UHGV virus genome: UHGV-0212475
Direction: 5' to 3' (one strand)
Source: a virus
Length of the DNA stretch: 38,825 nt
The position numbers were made by a program, and so were the translations under genes. Position 1 is the stretch's first letter. Every line of letters begins with the position of its first letter. This document shows positions 35,652 through 38,825 of the stretch, one piece after another. The notes under the pieces are model-generated. The model did no database searches. It was not told where the DNA came from and saw only the letters and a list, made by a program, of their open reading frames with translations.

Positions 35652-35906
35652 TTAGATTAGTTTCCGTAATGTTTTACCTTCATCATTTAATAAATAAGCT
35701 TGTGTGACTTTGCTTGTTTCAGTGTAAACTTGATTTGTTTGAATATAGTTTCCTACTTTTTCTAGCATAACAACACGTTCATCATGGAATTTAACTTTAT
35801 AACCGTTTGCATGTCCGAATGCTCCGTTAACTCCGTCTAAAAAGTCAACTACTACTTTGTGTTTTCCGTCCTCTAATGGTACTACTCTGTCTAATTGTAA
35901 AATCAT
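35652..35906 (-). CDS. hypothetical protein (84 aa)
   Basis: AAAGGAAG RBS; first gene after late promoter L3. Confidence 0.45.
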   Translation of the reverse strand: MILQLDRVVPLEDGKHKVVVDFLDGVNGAFGHANGYKVKFHDERVVMLEKVGNYIQTNQVYTETSKVTQAYLLNDEGKTLRKLI

Positions 35907-35967
35907 TTTAAATCTTCCTTTCTATCTGTCTATTATTTTTTTTTGTTACTATTTCTAGTACTCATAT

Positions 35968-36002
35968 AGTATAACATGTTTTCCTAAACTTGTGGGTGTT
36001 GG
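35968..36002 (-). promoter_or_regulatory. late promoter L3: CCAACACCCACAA-N13-TGtTATACT
   Basis: motif = revcomp of 35990-36002, abutting the terL stop; -10 = revcomp of 35968-35976. Confidence 0.6.
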
Positions 36003-37730
36003 TTAAACACCAAAGCCGAATGTGCCTTGCTCTAACATGTTTTCAAAACTTGAATATCCAAAGTCATAATACATTGCTTCACTCATTGCATTTATTAAAG
36101 CATCCAATGAATCAATCTTGTTGCGATTCATTTTCTTTTCAATTGCTATGTTGTCAGCAAACTCTTTCATATACGCATTATATATCGCTGTATTGAGTAG
36201 TGGGTTGTTTTGATGTATTATATCACCTTTGTATATTGCGTCCCTTAGATACTTTGTGGGGGCGTTTAAATACTGTATGCGTTGCGGTACTTCAATTAGA
36301 TACCGTTCGCCGAAAACTTCCGCTAATCGCAAGACTGATTGTGACGCTTGGTGACCATCATAGAAAATACCTTGTAGGTCCAAGTCATATGTTTCAACAA
36401 AATCAACTATCCAGTCGCACATATCCGCATGGTCAATCAATCCTGATTCTAACTTACTAATTGAAACGATTCCTTCATTTTCATATTGGCGGTATGGTAT
36501 TTTATCTTCCTGAATTTTCTTTTCAATACCTCCAATTGATGAAATGAAACCATGTGTATTTACAAGTAACTTCTCTTCTTCTGCAATTGGTATAATCCAG
36601 CTAACCGCCGTTATATCTTTTGTGCGTGATAAGTCCATTCCAATAAATACAGGACGTTTTCTAATATCATATTCTTTTGTTGCTTTGATTGCGTCCCAGC
36701 TTTCTTTATCCATGAAACTATCTTGTGAAGCTTGTACCCAGAAGTTCATTTCTTTAGTTAGCCAACCACTCATGTCACCTTTTGCTTTATACTCTGCCAA
36801 TGAATTAACCTTATGTTCGTACATGGTTTCATACAATTGTGTATTCTCAAACAGTGGGTTTGATTTTATCCAATTGGCTTGGTCGTCAACTTCGCTGATA
36901 CTATCCATTTCCCAACATAAAGCAAGGTATGCGTCTGCTTCAACCTCTTCATTTAATAGCTTAGTTATAAATGGATATTCTATGCTGTGCATTGGTCCAT
37001 TAAGATTTTTAGTTGTTGTACTAATAATCAAAATTAAACCTTGTGGTTGTTGTGATTGTGAACTTTCTAATACCTCAATTAATGCTGTGCTTTTTGCTTC
37101 TCCGTATTCATCTAATACACCACAAAGTACGTCTAGTCCGTCTAAGCTGTCTGCGTCACTTGCTAAAGGTTTAACAGTTGATTCATCTTCTAAGTGTTCA
37201 ATGTCATATTTGTTCACCTTAGTAATTTTACGCACACTATCACTTGAATTTCTCAATGCTTTCAGCTGTGATTTCAACATACGGAATACAATTCCAGCTT
37301 GTTCTTTAGTATTTGCGCCAGCTACAATCTGTCTTGAAGCTTTTGGGTATTGCCCTAAGATGAACTCATACAATGAAATACCAGCAACCAGAATTGATTT
37401 ACCGTTTTTACGTGCTAAACTTATATATACTTTTCTGAATCTACGCATTTTATTACTCTTTTTGCGCCACCCATAAATTAAAGCCACAATAAACTTCTGG
37501 AACTTAGCTAGTTTATTTGTCTTTTTACTCTTTGGGTCTGGTAACATTTCAATAAATGCCACTGGTTCATATGTTTCTTTTGGGTCGTAATAGTATGGAT
37601 AATCTGGGTCTTTTGATTTTTCTAAGTCTTTCTCATGACGTCTAATTGCTTGTTTTATTTTATTACCTATTGGTATTTGATTATCTTTTATATAATTGAT
37701 ATAATCAGCTACAAAATCTATATTATTCAT
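36003..37730 (-). CDS. terL: terminase large subunit
   Basis: 575 aa; N-terminal ATPase region ARKNGKS (Walker A-like); Terminase_1-like overall pattern; AAGGAGGT RBS. Confidence 0.9.
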   Translation of the reverse strand: MNNIDFVADYINYIKDNQIPIGNKIKQAIRRHEKDLEKSKDPDYPYYYDPKETYEPVAFIEMLPDPKSKKTNKLAKFQKFIVALIYGWRKKSNKMRRFRKVYISLARKNGKSILVAGISLYEFILGQYPKASRQIVAGANTKEQAGIVFRMLKSQLKALRNSSDSVRKITKVNKYDIEHLEDESTVKPLASDADSLDGLDVLCGVLDEYGEAKSTALIEVLESSQSQQPQGLILIISTTTKNLNGPMHSIEYPFITKLLNEEVEADAYLALCWEMDSISEVDDQANWIKSNPLFENTQLYETMYEHKVNSLAEYKAKGDMSGWLTKEMNFWVQASQDSFMDKESWDAIKATKEYDIRKRPVFIGMDLSRTKDITAVSWIIPIAEEEKLLVNTHGFISSIGGIEKKIQEDKIPYRQYENEGIVSISKLESGLIDHADMCDWIVDFVETYDLDLQGIFYDGHQASQSVLRLAEVFGERYLIEVPQRIQYLNAPTKYLRDAIYKGDIIHQNNPLLNTAIYNAYMKEFADNIAIEKKMNRNKIDSLDALINAMSEAMYYDFGYSSFENMLEQGTFGFGV

Positions 37731-37769
37731 ATGTATACCTCCTTATTTCTATTATAGCACAAATAAAAA

Positions 37770-37818
37770 GACTTAGGTCATGAGTTTATCCAAAGGGGAT
37801 AACAAACTTACCTAAGTC
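37770..37818. promoter_or_regulatory. nested palindrome in the 200-bp terS-terL spacer (outer GACTTAGGT/ACCTAAGTC, inner TTTATCC/GGATAAC)
   Basis: seen directly; second palindrome CGCAAG-N10-CTTGCG at 37827-37848. Confidence 0.5.
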
Positions 37819-37930
37819 AACATGTCCGCAAGCTCTACCAAACTTGCGCCTGAATAATACTGCCCAATATTATTCTAATCTACAAATAATCTGGAAGGCG
37901 TTTTCCGTAAATACATTATAACACAAAATG

Positions 37931-38404
37931 TTAACCTTGTGCGCGCATTTTAAGCAATTGACCTAATGGGTCTTTGCTTTCGTCCTCTACTTCTTTTGGT
38001 GCTACCAGTTTCAATCTTGAATTGATAGTTAAACCTAAGTCATTCGTTGCGCTTTTTAGTTCCTTAGAATAAGAGTTCATAGCCGTTACTTTAGGATTTA
38101 GCTTTCCATCTTCTGTCAAAGGTCCTTCATATGCAACTTGTTCAGCCATTTCTGAATATAGGTAACTATAATTGCAATACCTAACCATTGCTTGTTGGTC
38201 CAGTTCTGAAATTGGTAGGTCACCAATGAAATGCGAAATTCGTTCCCACTCGTGGTAGGCTTGTTTCAACAAACCAGCTGGATAATATGAAAAGTCTAAC
38301 TTCTCAAAGTTCATTAGCTTTTCTTCTTCCTTTTGTCGTTTGTATTGTTGCTCTTGTGTAAGGTTCCCAACTTGGGCATTTAATAATTTTCTTGGTCTAC
38401 CCAT
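37931..38404 (-). CDS. terS: terminase small subunit (P27-like)
   Basis: 157 aa; AAGGTGGTGA RBS; basic N-terminus MGRPRKLLN...; position directly before terL. Confidence 0.75.
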   Translation of the reverse strand: MGRPRKLLNAQVGNLTQEQQYKRQKEEEKLMNFEKLDFSYYPAGLLKQAYHEWERISHFIGDLPISELDQQAMVRYCNYSYLYSEMAEQVAYEGPLTEDGKLNPKVTAMNSYSKELKSATNDLGLTINSRLKLVAPKEVEDESKDPLGQLLKMRAQG

Positions 38405-38406
38405 TT

Positions 38407-38742
38407 TTATTCACCACCTTTTGCCCAACTCTTCCTATTTCTGTTTTGGTCTGATACTGATTTCCATTCTAGGTTACTTGCTTTGTTGTTGTGTCTGTTG
38501 CGGTCTTTGTGGTCTACTGTGTGTCCGTCTTGTTTACCTTTTACAAATGCTTCCGCAACTAAGATGTGAACTCGTTTACCAGTTCTTTGACCGTTCTTAT
38601 ATAGGTCTACATTCAAATATCCATTATCCTTTGCATATGGCTTTAGTGGGTTTTTAGTTGTTCCGTCATTGTATGCGACATTACCATATGATGAAATTAA
38701 GTATCCATCATATCCATTTATTTTGGACCACTGTTCACTCAT
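38407..38742 (-). CDS. NUMOD4 + HNH_3 homing-type endonuclease
   Basis: 111 aa; WSKINGYDGYLISSYGNV (NUMOD4-like) and VDHKDRNRHNNKASNLEW (HNH); GAGGTGGT RBS. Confidence 0.75.
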   Translation of the reverse strand: MSEQWSKINGYDGYLISSYGNVAYNDGTTKNPLKPYAKDNGYLNVDLYKNGQRTGKRVHILVAEAFVKGKQDGHTVDHKDRNRHNNKASNLEWKSVSDQNRNRKSWAKGGE

Positions 38743-38825
38743 TATACCACCTCAATAATTTCATAATGGCGATTCTTGCCACCTAGTTTAGTTTTAATGT
38801 CTTTGAAGTAACCTGATTTTTTACC

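Noticed and set aside
36246-36292. Late-promoter-like motif AACGCCCCCACAAAG plus downstream TATACA inside terL (minus strand)
   Set aside because: Two mismatches in the motif core, 18-nt rather than 16-nt spacing, no TGn, and it lies within coding sequence. Probably chance; kept only as a low-priority candidate for an internal promoter.
38340-38657. Cys-rich 105-aa plus-strand ORF
   Set aside because: Antisense to the well-supported HNH_3 and terS genes; no RBS; composition artefact.
1-38825. Searched for integrase, CI/Cro-like repressor pair, excisionase, attP-like tRNA fragment, tRNA genes and CRISPR/cas
   Set aside because: None found on either strand; hence a lytic-type (or lysogeny-module-deleted) interpretation.

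Overview
Low-GC (about 35% by eye) dsDNA tailed-phage genome, siphovirus-like. It looks near-complete and lytic-type: no integrase, repressor/Cro pair, tRNA or CRISPR was found. Two convergent transcription arms meet at a bidirectional terminator near 21.5 kb. PLUS ARM (1764-21427): about 43 early/replication genes. Most are small ORFs of unknown function, each behind a near-consensus sigma-A promoter (TTGACA-17-TATAnT) with GGAGGAA-type RBS. Embedded is a replication module: D5_N/SF3 helicase, VRR-NUC nuclease, SNF2 helicase, PrimPol-type primase with PriCT domain, DUF3310-like protein, NUMOD4/HNH homing endonuclease, MBL-fold hydrolase, an SSB-like protein with a C-terminal DDDLPF tail, Dam (D12-class) methyltransferase, family-B DNA polymerase and NrdH-like glutaredoxin. 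MINUS ARM (38742 down to 21517): NUMOD4/HNH endonuclease, TerS, TerL, two small ORFs, portal, HK97-type prohead protease, HK97-fold major capsid protein with an acidic N-terminal delta/scaffold region, tail assembly chaperone G plus a -1-frame T segment, 1295-aa tape measure protein with a lytic transglycosylase domain, Dit (694 aa), Tal (771 aa), XhlA-like protein, phiLC3-type holin, and a Sec-signal-peptide amidase_2 + 2xSH3b endolysin. A short minus operon (1241 down to 431) carries two small ORFs and a Zn-ribbon HNH endonuclease, followed by a dyad-rich G/C-tract region (1-430) that may be a cos site. The divergent control region 1242-1763 carries an unusually dense GTTCTC/GAGAAC iteron-like array in two inverted clusters around an AT-rich core. 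Main points for follow-up: (i) no major tail protein, head-tail connector or tail terminator genes between capsid and chaperone genes; (ii) a conserved 13-nt motif (CCAACACCCACAA) at fixed spacing upstream of extended -10 boxes defining three late promoters; (iii) three classes of symmetric elements overlapping early promoters; (iv) direct repeats bracketing the lysis cassette and the dam gene, which points to cassette exchange. Host is probably a low-GC Gram-positive, Lactobacillales-like, judged from the secreted endolysin and the RBS; this is speculative.
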